From an uncultured Pelagibacteraceae bacterium (GTDB lineage Bacteria > Pseudomonadota > Alphaproteobacteria > Pelagibacterales > Pelagibacteraceae), in assembly GCA_902599575.1 (NCBI GenBank), contig CACKFS010000001.1, forward strand, positions 46,545-110,544: DNA of 64,000 nucleotides. The letters run 5' to 3'. The position numbers and the translations under genes were made by a program. Positions 10,528-19,368 of the stretch are shown here, piece by piece. The notes under the pieces were generated by a model. It saw only the letters and a list, made by a program, of their open reading frames with translations. It did no database searches and had not been told where the DNA came from. Every line of letters begins with the position of its first letter. Position 1 is the stretch's first letter.

Positions 10528-10943
10528 TTTTGCTTCAGACTTTCTTTAACTTCAGGGGGCATATAATTTTCATCATGTTTTGCTAAAATTTTATCAGCAA
10601 CGAATAAGTTTTTATCCTCTAAAAATCCTTCTGCTACTACTCCCTTTTCTTCTTGAAATAAATTTGGAACGGACCCGGCAAAAATAACATTAATTTCATT
10701 TTTAAAATCTGTGATTACAAATAAAATTTTTTCATTATCTAGAGTTACAGAATTTTTTTTTACCATCCCTCCTACTCTAATTTTTTTAGTTATATTCTCC
10801 GAAGATTGCTTGATTTCAGTTGGTGACTTAAAATATACAACATCATCCTCTAATAGTTTTAGAATTATATAAATACTTAAAATGATTGTAGTTAGAACAG
10901 AAATTATAAATACAATTCTTAATCTAACTTTTTTACCATACAT
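10524..10943 (-). CDS. ccmE: Heme chaperone CcmE
   Basis: [30 protein letters not shown] motifs. Confidence 0.95.
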   Translation of the reverse strand: MYGKKVRLRIVFIISVLTTIILSIYIILKLLEDDVVYFKSPTEIKQSSENITKKIRVGGMVKKNSVTLDNEKILFVITDFKNEINVIFAGSVPNLFQEEKGVVAEGFLEDKNLFVADKILAKHDENYMPPEVKESLKQK

Positions 10944-10952
10944 TAATCTAAA

Positions 10953-11183
10953 TTAGATTTTGTGAGCAACTGTTCTTACAAATGTTCTATTTGTTGATTG
11001 TTTGTGAGCTAAAATAACTTGGTCTGAATTTAAAGATTCAAATTTTTTCGCAAATTTAGCTTTTTCTTTAATTAATTGCTTACTTGTTACTTTATATAAA
11101 ATCAGGAAATTGAATAGTGTGAATGCGAATGCTGACCAAACATAAAGTCCGTATCCGTTCATAATAAATAAATCTAAATTCAT
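10953..11183 (-). CDS. ccmD: Heme exporter protein CcmD
   Basis: MNGYGLYVWSAF N-terminal TM motif; lies between ccmC and ccmE. Confidence 0.8.
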   Translation of the reverse strand: MNLDLFIMNGYGLYVWSAFAFTLFNFLILYKVTSKQLIKEKAKFAKKFESLNSDQVILAHKQSTNRTFVRTVAHKI

Positions 11184-11887
11184 ATCCTATTTAAACCTTT
11201 GTTTTTAACTTTTATCAACTCCACATTATATTTCATTAAAAAAATTAGCACAGAAAATAGAGCAAATGCCGCAGTCATCAAAAATAATGGTATTAACATA
11301 GAAGAATGTATAGTGCTTTCTGATAAAACATTAATCGATGAGGGTTGATGTAAAGTTGCCCACCAATCTACAGAATATTTGATAATTGGAACATTAATCA
11401 CACCTATAATTGAAATATATGATGAGATTTTAACTGCTTTGTTCTTTTCAAAAAGTTTCCAGGATAATAAGTATAAAAAATAGAATAAAAATAATACCAA
11501 CATAGAAGTTATCCTAGGATCCCAAGCCCACCAAGTACCCCATGTTGGCTTGCCCCAAATTGAGCCAGTAACTAAGGCTATTAAGTTAAAAATAAATCCT
11601 GATGGAGCTAAACTTTTTGATATTAGTACAAAGTTTTTATTTTTAAAAATTATAACTCCAAGAGATAAAAAAGCTATTATTGAAAAAATCCCGAGGGAAA
11701 TCCACGCTGACGGAACGTGTACATACATAATTCTTACAGAGTCACTTTGTAGATAATCTTGAGGAGACAATATTAACGCCTCAAATAGACCTACTGACAG
11801 AAAAATTATAAATAATATAAATATTAAATTTCTAAATTTAGATGAAATTAATACTTTTTTAATTTTCTCAGTGATTATAGATAACAT
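11180..11887 (-). CDS. ccmC: Heme exporter/ABC permease CcmC (start moved to the ATG at 11887)
   Basis: RIMYVHVP, WGKPTWGTWWAWDPR, WWATLHQ motifs; the track's TTG start at 11923 lies inside an RNA hairpin. Confidence 0.93.
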   Translation of the reverse strand: MLSIITEKIKKVLISSKFRNLIFILFIIFLSVGLFEALILSPQDYLQSDSVRIMYVHVPSAWISLGIFSIIAFLSLGVIIFKNKNFVLISKSLAPSGFIFNLIALVTGSIWGKPTWGTWWAWDPRITSMLVLFLFYFLYLLSWKLFEKNKAVKISSYISIIGVINVPIIKYSVDWWATLHQPSSINVLSESTIHSSMLIPLFLMTAAFALFSVLIFLMKYNVELIKVKNKGLNRI

Positions 11888-11911
11888 TTTTTTATTTATA
11901 TAACGTGAAAA

Positions 11912-11975
11912 TAAACTGATCAAGAATGTTGAGGGAGATAATTGAAGGGAAACGTTAACACCCTTGATCAGTTTA
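11912..11975 (-). ncRNA. Candidate structured RNA: ~19-bp stem with a CU-rich loop (possible sRNA, leader or terminator)
   Basis: Perfect 13-bp inverted repeat TAAACTGATCAAG/CTTGATCAGTTTA, extended by GGUGUU:AACAUU with G-U pairs on the minus strand; loop has UUUCCCUUC and AUCUCCCUC; U-rich tail follows. Confidence 0.5.
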
Positions 11976-12035
11976 ATTATTTATAGAATAATCATTTGTC
12001 TAAGTTTTGAGAGAAATGTGTTGAAAAAATGACTA

Positions 12036-12356
12036 TTAATTTGACGGCTTGAAGTAAGTTGAGCCTTTTTTTCCTGAGAAGATCTCATTGATTAAAGGAT
12101 GTTTAATTGGCTCACCTGAGTCGTCTTTAATGAGGTTCTGTTCTGATACATAGGCCTCATAAGTAATATCATCATTTTCAGCAAGTAGATGATAAAAAGG
12201 CTGATCTTTTCTAGGTCTTACATTTTTAGGTATAGACTCGTACCATTCCTCAGAATTATTAAATTCAAAATCGACGTCATAAATAACGCCTCTGAAATCA
12301 AAGTGTTTATGTTTGACAACGTCGCCTATTGAGAATTTTGCTTTTTGAATAGTCAC
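12036..12356 (-). CDS. hspQ: Heat shock protein HspQ (YccV-like)
   Basis: AKFSIGDVVKH..FRGVIYDVD, QPFYHLLAEN, AYVSEQNL motifs. Confidence 0.92.
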   Translation of the reverse strand: MTIQKAKFSIGDVVKHKHFDFRGVIYDVDFEFNNSEEWYESIPKNVRPRKDQPFYHLLAENDDITYEAYVSEQNLIKDDSGEPIKHPLINEIFSGKKGSTYFKPSN

Positions 12357-12363
12357 TACTTAA

Positions 12364-12391
12364 ATATGTGTATTCTTAAAAAAAAATCAAT
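12364..12391 (-). promoter_or_regulatory. Possible RpoH-type promoter of hspQ
   Basis: ATTGAT-N16-ACATAT on the minus strand, 7 nt before the start; weak match in AT-rich DNA. Confidence 0.3.
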
Positions 12392-12433
12392 AAAAAAAAT
12401 ATTAAATTTATACATATCTGGTAGGATGAAACT

Positions 12434-12985
12434 GTGAATAAGTCTTTAATAAAATTCATTACTGATTTCGGGCCCTTAGTAATATTTTTTGGTTTTTATT
12501 ATAAAAGTGGAAAAAATCTACAAGTAGCTATACCACCTTTGATTATTGCGACAATAATTTCTGTGTTTATAGTTTGGATATTGGAAAAAAAAATACCTTT
12601 TGTTCCTCTTTTAGGTGGAGCGTTAATAACATTTTTTGGTGGTCTTACAATTTATTTCAAAGACCCTATCTTTATATATATGAAGCCTACAATAATAAAT
12701 ATAATATTTGCTCTTGCTCTATACTTTGGAAAATATTTTACTCAAGAACCAATTTTAAAAAAAATTTTAGGTAAAACTATGCCGTTAAACGATGAGGGAT
12801 GGAGAAAACTTAATATTAGGTGGATGTTTTTTTTCATTTTTTTAGCGATATTAAATGAGTTAATTTGGAGAACACAATCAGAAGAATTTTGGGTAAACTT
12901 TAAAGTATGGGGAATGTTGCCAATTACAATAATATTTACAGCATTTCAAATCCCTTTAATAAATAAATATAAAATAAATGAATAA
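12434..12985 (+). CDS. yciB: Inner membrane septation protein IspZ/YciB
   Basis: DFGPLVIFF, FGGLT, FIYMKPT, NELIWR, WVNFKVWG motifs. Confidence 0.9.
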   Translation: MNKSLIKFITDFGPLVIFFGFYYKSGKNLQVAIPPLIIATIISVFIVWILEKKIPFVPLLGGALITFFGGLTIYFKDPIFIYMKPTIINIIFALALYFGKYFTQEPILKKILGKTMPLNDEGWRKLNIRWMFFFIFLAILNELIWRTQSEEFWVNFKVWGMLPITIIFTAFQIPLINKYKINE

Positions 12986-13316
12986 AGATTTAAAACTTGT
13001 AGTTAATAATTCTTTCATAAAAAAAGAAAATAAACTTTTTTTTGAAAAAAAAGAGTTAAAAAATATTTTGGATTTATACGCTAAAATGGTTTCGAAGGGA
13101 TCTTGGAAAGATTATGGTCTTCAAATTTCCTCTAAGAGAGTAAGTTTTAGTGTGTTTAAGAATGCTGCTGAAAACGCTGTTTATAATATTAGCAAAAACT
13201 TCAAGCCTTCTAATAAAAATCTTAAATATTTAATTACAGATAATAGAAACCGTATAATAAAAAATTCTGATAACTTGGAAAAATTATTAAAAGATATAGA
13301 TTGGAAAAAAATTTAG
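12978..13316 (+). CDS. DUF2794 family protein
   Basis: FEKKEL..ILDLY.KMVSKG.WKDY motif. Confidence 0.7.
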   Translation: MNKDLKLVVNNSFIKKENKLFFEKKELKNILDLYAKMVSKGSWKDYGLQISSKRVSFSVFKNAAENAVYNISKNFKPSNKNLKYLITDNRNRIIKNSDNLEKLLKDIDWKKI

Positions 13317-13317
13317 T

Positions 13318-14073
13318 TTATCTTCTTTGACCAAAAAGTCTTAATAACATTATAAATAGATTAATGAAATCAAGATAAAGCGTTAAAGCTCCCATTATTG
13401 CTTTTTTGCCAGAAATTTCAATTGTATCACTTGCCGAATACATATTCTTAATTTTCTGAGTGTCATAGGCAGTCAAACCTACAAATATTAGAACACCCAA
13501 TATTGATACAACAAAATACATCATCGCAGATTTTAAAAATATATTAACTAATGAAGCGATAATTATTCCAATTAGACCCATCATTAAAAATGAACCTAAT
13601 TTTGTTAAATCTCTTTTAGTTGTATATCCGTAAATACTCATTGCTCCGAATGTTGCTGAGGTGATGAAGAATACTCTTGCTACACTTACTCCTGTGTAAA
13701 CTAAAAGTATCCAAGACAAAGATAATCCCATCAATGAAGCAAATATCCAAAATACAGTTTGTGCCTTAGCTGAACTCATTTTATTAATTCCAAAACTCAT
13801 ATAAAAAACAATACCTAGTGGAGCTAGCATAATTAACCATTTCAAACCTGAATTAAATATAGCATTCCCAAAACTTGTAAGACCTGTGATCATACCAGTG
13901 CTGTCTGTAACTACTGACATTTTAAATGATAAAAGTGAGATTATACCTGTTAGAAGAACTCCAGTTGCCATGTAGTTATAGACCTTCAACATATAAGATC
14001 TTAAACCTGCGTCCCAAACTACGTTCTTTTTAACACTTGTTGCTTCAAAAATGTTTTGTCTATTAAAATCCAT
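13318..14073 (-). CDS. Bax inhibitor-1/YccA family membrane protein
   Basis: DAGLRSYMLKVYNYM, YGYTTKRDL, AYDTQKIK, GALTLYLDFINLF motifs. Confidence 0.92.
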   Translation of the reverse strand: MDFNRQNIFEATSVKKNVVWDAGLRSYMLKVYNYMATGVLLTGIISLLSFKMSVVTDSTGMITGLTSFGNAIFNSGLKWLIMLAPLGIVFYMSFGINKMSSAKAQTVFWIFASLMGLSLSWILLVYTGVSVARVFFITSATFGAMSIYGYTTKRDLTKLGSFLMMGLIGIIIASLVNIFLKSAMMYFVVSILGVLIFVGLTAYDTQKIKNMYSASDTIEISGKKAIMGALTLYLDFINLFIMLLRLFGQRR

Positions 14074-14141
14074 AAATATAATATAATTATTTTAAACTTA
14101 TATTCAATGGTCAAAACTGGCTAAGATCATTAAAAAAATTT

Positions 14142-15179
14142 ATGAATTTTAAAAAACTAGGTAATACAGATATTGATGTTAGTACAATTTGTCTCGGTAC
14201 TATGACATGGGGGGAGCAAAATTCGGAAAAAGATGCATTTGAGCAAATGGATTATGCTTTTGAACAAAATGTAAATTTTTGGGATACTGCTGAAATATAC
14301 GCTATACCACCTAAAGAAAGCACTTACGGGAAAACAGAAGAAATAATTGGTAATTGGTTTGCAAAAACAAATAAAAGAAACAGGATAGTACTTGCAACTA
14401 AAATATCTGGTCCTGGACCGAGTTGGATTAGAGGTGGTGGCAACCAATATGATGAAAAAAATTTAAATGAAGCTGTTAATAATAGTCTTAAAAGATTAAA
14501 AACTGATTATATAGACTTATATCAATTACATTGGCCAGAAAGAAAAACCAATTTTTTTGGAAGACTAGGTTATGAACATAAAGATGATAATGATTGGAAT
14601 GAGTTTGAAGATATTCTCAACACTTTAGATAAAATAATTAAAAGTGGTAAAATTAGATATATCGGCCTTTCAAATGAAACAGCATGGGGATTATCAAAAT
14701 TTTTGGAAATTTCAAAGTTAAAGAAACTTCCTCGAATGATGTCTGTTCAAAATCCTTATAGTCTTTTGAATAGATCTTATGAAGTAGGATTAGCAGAAAT
14801 TTCAGTACGAGAAAAAAGTGGTCTCTTAGCTTATTCACCTCTTGCGTTTGGTTATTTGACTGGAAAATATAGAAATGGGGAATTACCAAAAAATTCTAGG
14901 ATGCAATTGTTTGGCGATAAATTTTCAAGGTACAAAACTGAAAATGGTCAATTGGCCATTGAAAAATACTTTAGTATTGCAAAAAAGCACAATTTAAATT
15001 TATCCCAAATGAGTTTAAAATTTTGTGAACTTCAGCCATTCATAACTAGTGTAATAATCGGTGCAACAACAATGGAGCAGTTGAAAATTGATATAGAAAG
15101 TGTAAATATAAATCTTAATAGCGAGATAATTAATGAAATTAATGAAGTACAAAAACTTTTTCCGAATCCATGTCCATAA
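14142..15179 (+). CDS. Aldo/keto reductase (Tas-like)
   Basis: CLGTMTWGEQ, DTAEIY, DLYQLHWP, GLSNET, QNPYSLLNR, YSPLAFG motifs. Confidence 0.92.
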   Translation: MNFKKLGNTDIDVSTICLGTMTWGEQNSEKDAFEQMDYAFEQNVNFWDTAEIYAIPPKESTYGKTEEIIGNWFAKTNKRNRIVLATKISGPGPSWIRGGGNQYDEKNLNEAVNNSLKRLKTDYIDLYQLHWPERKTNFFGRLGYEHKDDNDWNEFEDILNTLDKIIKSGKIRYIGLSNETAWGLSKFLEISKLKKLPRMMSVQNPYSLLNRSYEVGLAEISVREKSGLLAYSPLAFGYLTGKYRNGELPKNSRMQLFGDKFSRYKTENGQLAIEKYFSIAKKHNLNLSQMSLKFCELQPFITSVIIGATTMEQLKIDIESVNINLNSEIINEINEVQKLFPNPCP

Positions 15180-15676
15180 TTAAAAAAACAATTTTTCTGT
15201 TAATTCTTCTTATGAGTTTTAGCTCATTGAACGCACAAGAAATAAAAAAAATTGGAAAGTTTAAAGATTGGGAAACAATAGTGGTCACGGATGAAGCTGC
15301 AAAATTATGTTTTGCTCAGTCTAAACCAGTTTTGCAGTCCCCAAAAAATAATGTACGAGAAGCAAGACTATTTATAAGTTTTAGACCCTCAGAAAAAATT
15401 TCTGATGAAGTAAGTATTACTTCAGGTTACGAATACAATGTGCAAAATACAATACTAGCAAAATCAGGTAAAAATAAAATCAAGTTTGATATTTCTAAAG
15501 ATAATTTTGCTTGGATTGCTAATAATAAAATTGAAAAAAAGATGATTAGTGTAATGAAAAAAGGCTCACGAATTATGATAACAGGTTATAACAAATCTGG
15601 GTCTCAAACAATTGACCACTATTCACTAATGGGTTTTACAAAAGCATACAATAGCGCAAAAAAAAATTGTAGCTAA
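15170..15676 (+). CDS. Invasion-associated locus B (IalB)-like periplasmic protein
   Basis: Signal peptide; FKDW..C, MKKG, YSLMGFTKAY...C C-terminal pattern. Confidence 0.7.
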   Translation: MSIIKKTIFLLILLMSFSSLNAQEIKKIGKFKDWETIVVTDEAAKLCFAQSKPVLQSPKNNVREARLFISFRPSEKISDEVSITSGYEYNVQNTILAKSGKNKIKFDISKDNFAWIANNKIEKKMISVMKKGSRIMITGYNKSGSQTIDHYSLMGFTKAYNSAKKNCS

Positions 15677-16341
15677 TGACTAAACAAAATAGTTTTGATT
15701 ACATTTGGCCAACTTTGTTTGGTAGTTTTTATAATCCAGAACATCAAAAAATAAAAAACCAATTAATAGGCTTTTTTGAAAAATATAAAAAAGATAATCC
15801 TGTTGGTAGAAAGAGTGGTGAAAATTTGAGACTTTATGAGAGTAAGTATGACCTACACAGACAAAATAACGCTACAATTCAAAATGTTTTTAAAAATTTT
15901 ATAGTAAAGAGTTTTTTTGAAACTGCAAAAGAAGCAAATAAAAATTATTTTGATCAATTTAAAGACTCACAGATAGGAGTGACTATAACTGATGCTTGGT
16001 TTATACATTATGAAAAAGGTGGGTTTGTTGCTCCGCATGCTCATGGTGATTGCAGCTGGTGTTGTGTCTACTATGTTCAGCTAGGAGATGATGCGTCAAA
16101 AAAAAATGGTGGAACCTATTTTCAGAAACCTTATCCAGCAAGATCAACATTCGATTTTGGAGCTTTTTATAATAGAGAAACATCAATAGATATATTTCCT
16201 GAGGAAGGAAAAATGTTAGTTTGGCCAAGCCATCTTATGCATGGATCTTATCCTTACGAAGGAAAAAATGATAGAATTATAATATCAGCAAATGCTAAAA
16301 TTTCCGTAATTCAAAATGGAAAATCTATAAGATCAGTTTGA
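15676..16341 (+). CDS. Putative 2OG-Fe(II) oxygenase (TIGR02466-like)
   Basis: W..Y..GG...[15 protein letters not shown] and R-IISAN motifs. Confidence 0.7.
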   Translation: MTKQNSFDYIWPTLFGSFYNPEHQKIKNQLIGFFEKYKKDNPVGRKSGENLRLYESKYDLHRQNNATIQNVFKNFIVKSFFETAKEANKNYFDQFKDSQIGVTITDAWFIHYEKGGFVAPHAHGDCSWCCVYYVQLGDDASKKNGGTYFQKPYPARSTFDFGAFYNRETSIDIFPEEGKMLVWPSHLMHGSYPYEGKNDRIIISANAKISVIQNGKSIRSV

Positions 16342-17516
16342 TGAAAAAAATAGTTCTAGCTTACTCAGGTGGTTTAGACACATCTATAATTCTTAAATGG
16401 TTACAAGAAAACTATAAAGCTGAGGTGATTGCTTATACAGCTGACATCGGCCAAGAAATGGATAAAAAGAAAATTATTAAAAATGCCAAAAAATTAGGTG
16501 TAAAAAAGATAATTATTAAAAATCTTAAAAATGTTTTTGTAAGGGATTATGTATTTCCAATGATAAGAGGTCATGCTATTTATGAGGGGGTTTACTTGCT
16601 TGGTACATCTATTGCGAGACCATTAATTGCAAGAGATCAAATTCAAGTTGCAAAGAAATTCAAAGCGTTTGCTGTTTCGCATGGTGCGACGGGAAAAGGA
16701 AATGATCAAGTAAGATTTGAATTAGGGTATCATTATTTTGGTCCAAAAATAAAAGTTATAGCTCCATGGAGAATTTGGAAGTTAAAATCAAGAACTGATC
16801 TAATGAAATATGCAAAAAAACATAAAATTTCAATTCCAAAGGACAAAAAAGGAGCACCACCTTTTTCAGTAGATGATAATCTGTTTCATACATCAACCGA
16901 AGGTAAAGTTTTAGAAAATCCAAAAAATTCAGCTCCAGAATTTATTTTTCAAAGAACAATTTCGCCTGAAAAAGCACCTACTAAACCTACTTATGTTACA
17001 ATTGGATTTAAAAACGGTGATCCAACTACTATTAATGGGAAGAGGTTAATTCCAGAAAAACTGTTAGAAAAATTAAATCAGCTGGGTGGAAAAAATGGAG
17101 TTGGAAGAGTTGATCTAGTTGAAAATAGATTTATTGGAATTAAATCAAGAGGGGTTTATGAAACTCCTGGTGGAACATTGCTTTTAATTGCTCATAGAGC
17201 AATGGAGTCTGTAACACTAGATAAGGAAACTATGCATAAAAAAGACTCCATAATGCCAAGATATGCAGAATTAATTTACAATGGTTACTGGTTTTCAAAA
17301 GAAAGATTCAAATTACAAAAAATTGTGGATCTAAAAAGAAACAAGGTAAATGGAAATATTAAGTTAAAACTTTATAAAGGAAATGTTTCAATTCAGTCAA
17401 GAATGACTACTAGTAGTGCTTATTCAATGAAAAAAGTTTCTTTTGAAGAAAATAAAACTTTTAATAAATCCAATGTTGAAAGATTTATCAATTTCCACAA
17501 AAAAAAATTAAAATAA
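16341..17516 (+). CDS. argG: Argininosuccinate synthase
   Basis: [42 protein letters not shown] motifs. Confidence 0.97.
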   Translation: MKKIVLAYSGGLDTSIILKWLQENYKAEVIAYTADIGQEMDKKKIIKNAKKLGVKKIIIKNLKNVFVRDYVFPMIRGHAIYEGVYLLGTSIARPLIARDQIQVAKKFKAFAVSHGATGKGNDQVRFELGYHYFGPKIKVIAPWRIWKLKSRTDLMKYAKKHKISIPKDKKGAPPFSVDDNLFHTSTEGKVLENPKNSAPEFIFQRTISPEKAPTKPTYVTIGFKNGDPTTINGKRLIPEKLLEKLNQLGGKNGVGRVDLVENRFIGIKSRGVYETPGGTLLLIAHRAMESVTLDKETMHKKDSIMPRYAELIYNGYWFSKERFKLQKIVDLKRNKVNGNIKLKLYKGNVSIQSRMTTSSAYSMKKVSFEENKTFNKSNVERFINFHKKKLK

Positions 17517-17522
17517 AGAAAT

Positions 17523-18665
17523 ATGAATTTTGAAACCTCAAGAGCGAAAGCTATAGATAAATTAAATCATTTTGTTGAGAAAAATCTTTCTGATTATTCA
17601 AAGCTGAGAAATTTTGATTTTGGCCCTGATAAACGAGATAATGTATCGTGTTTATCACCTTATGTTACACATGGCGTTCTTAATGAAATTGAAATTATAA
17701 AAAAATCACTTGAGAAGTTTTCTTTTTCAAAAAATGAAAAGTTTATACAGGAAGTACTTTGGAGAACGTACTGGAAAGGATGGTTAGAGTTAAGACCTAA
17801 TGTTTGGAGTGACTATTTAATTGATTTAAGAAATATTAAAGAAAAATATAAAGATGACAAAAATTATCGAAATGCAATAGAAGGTAAAACAAATATTGAT
17901 TGTTTTAATGAATGGGTAGATGAGTTAAAAAATAATAACTACCTCCACAATCACACTAGAATGTGGTTTGCTAGTATTTGGATTTTTACACTTGATTTAC
18001 CTTGGCAACTTGGTGCTGAATTTTTTATGCAACACCTTTTTGATGGAGATGCTGCATCAAATACTCTTGGATGGAGATGGGTTGCAGGAGTTCAAACACA
18101 AGGAAAACATTATCTAGCAAGTGAATGGAATATTAAAAAATTCACAAATAATAGATTTAAAAATATTAAATTAAATGAAAATGCTCCTCCAAAAATTTCT
18201 GAAAGAACTTATTCAATAATAAAACAAGATTTTAAAAATTGTGAAAATATTGAACCAGTTAATTTATTAATTTTTGATAATAATCTTTCTTTCGAATTCA
18301 CAGACTTTAAAAATAGTAAATTTAAAAAAATATATTTAGTCTCTAACAAAAATGAAAACAGATCAATCAAACTCAATGAAAAAGTATTAAAATTTAAATA
18401 CCTTCTTTTTGAAGATCAAGAAAAAAGATTAAAAGAACAATCAATTGATTGTGAAATAATTGATATAAGTCAAATTAAAAAAATTGATGAAAAAAATATT
18501 GGATTGTATCCGACTGTTGGAGAAAACCTAGATTATCTAAATTTAAATGATTTAAAAATAAATTTTTTATTTAGAAAACTCGATCAATATTCTTGGCAAT
18601 ATTGTAATAAAGGTTTTTTTAATTTTAAAAATCATATTCCCAAAATTATTTCAAACTTTACTTAA
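17523..18665 (+). CDS. Short DNA photolyase with an N-terminal FAD domain (inverted domain order, NewPHL-like)
   Basis: Y..RN, VSCLSPY, KFIQEVLWRTYWKGWLE, YLHNHTRMWFAS, DGDAASNTLGWRWVAG in the first ~190 aa, then a divergent C-terminal domain. Confidence 0.85.
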   Translation: MNFETSRAKAIDKLNHFVEKNLSDYSKLRNFDFGPDKRDNVSCLSPYVTHGVLNEIEIIKKSLEKFSFSKNEKFIQEVLWRTYWKGWLELRPNVWSDYLIDLRNIKEKYKDDKNYRNAIEGKTNIDCFNEWVDELKNNNYLHNHTRMWFASIWIFTLDLPWQLGAEFFMQHLFDGDAASNTLGWRWVAGVQTQGKHYLASEWNIKKFTNNRFKNIKLNENAPPKISERTYSIIKQDFKNCENIEPVNLLIFDNNLSFEFTDFKNSKFKKIYLVSNKNENRSIKLNEKVLKFKYLLFEDQEKRLKEQSIDCEIIDISQIKKIDEKNIGLYPTVGENLDYLNLNDLKINFLFRKLDQYSWQYCNKGFFNFKNHIPKIISNFT

Positions 18666-18678
18666 TTTTATTTAATTT

Positions 18679-19368
18679 TTATCTTGCAAGTTTTATGAAG
18701 ATGTCGCCCATACCAGCATCTAGATCCTCTAAGGGTGTATTATTTCTTAATTCACAGTACCGACCAGTAATTTGATGATTTTTGACTAAATTAACATCGT
18801 CATTTTTACATGTTCTTCCATTATGTAATAATCCTATAACTATTCTATTATTTAAATTATACACTTGATCGCTATTGATTTTTTTGCCATCACAAAAATA
18901 TTCTTTATTTACTCTATTTGGAAAATCACTTTTGTTACAAGGGTTTTTAATTGTTATAACATAAAATTCTCTTAAGCCATCTAAAAATTTATATTTCATT
19001 TTTTGAACCTTTGAATACTTCATGATATCGCAAGAGCAAGGCACACAGCACCTATAATAATTACCACAAATTTTATTGTTTGTTTTATTTTCTTTTATAA
19101 ACAAAAATTCTGAATCACTCCCTGGATCAATTAATGACCCAGAAACAGCACAATATAATTTATTAAATTCAATAAAATCTTTATATGTAATTTTTTTATC
19201 TATAATATATTTAAAAAATTTAGGTCCAGCAGCATTTCTGTTTTTGTCAGGAAATATCCTAGACCAGTCAGTTATTAATTCTTTGTGGTAATTTTTTTCC
19301 TCCGCAACTAATTCGACTGGAAAAAAAACTGCAAAAATTAAAAAAAATTTTAGTAAAATATTTTTCAT
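18679..19368 (-). CDS. Secreted cysteine-rich protein of unknown function
   Basis: 229-aa ORF with a signal peptide, 10 Cys including RCCVPCSCD; ATGA overlap with the upstream gene. Confidence 0.75.
   Translation of the reverse strand: MKNILLKFFLIFAVFFPVELVAEEKNYHKELITDWSRIFPDKNRNAAGPKFFKYIIDKKITYKDFIEFNKLYCAVSGSLIDPGSDSEFLFIKENKTNNKICGNYYRCCVPCSCDIMKYSKVQKMKYKFLDGLREFYVITIKNPCNKSDFPNRVNKEYFCDGKKINSDQVYNLNNRIVIGLLHNGRTCKNDDVNLVKNHQITGRYCELRNNTPLEDLDAGMGDIFIKLAR

Noticed and set aside
11888-11923. Track start of ccmC at TTG 11923
   Set aside because: It lies inside the hairpin stem; the ATG at 11887 gives a normal-length CcmC
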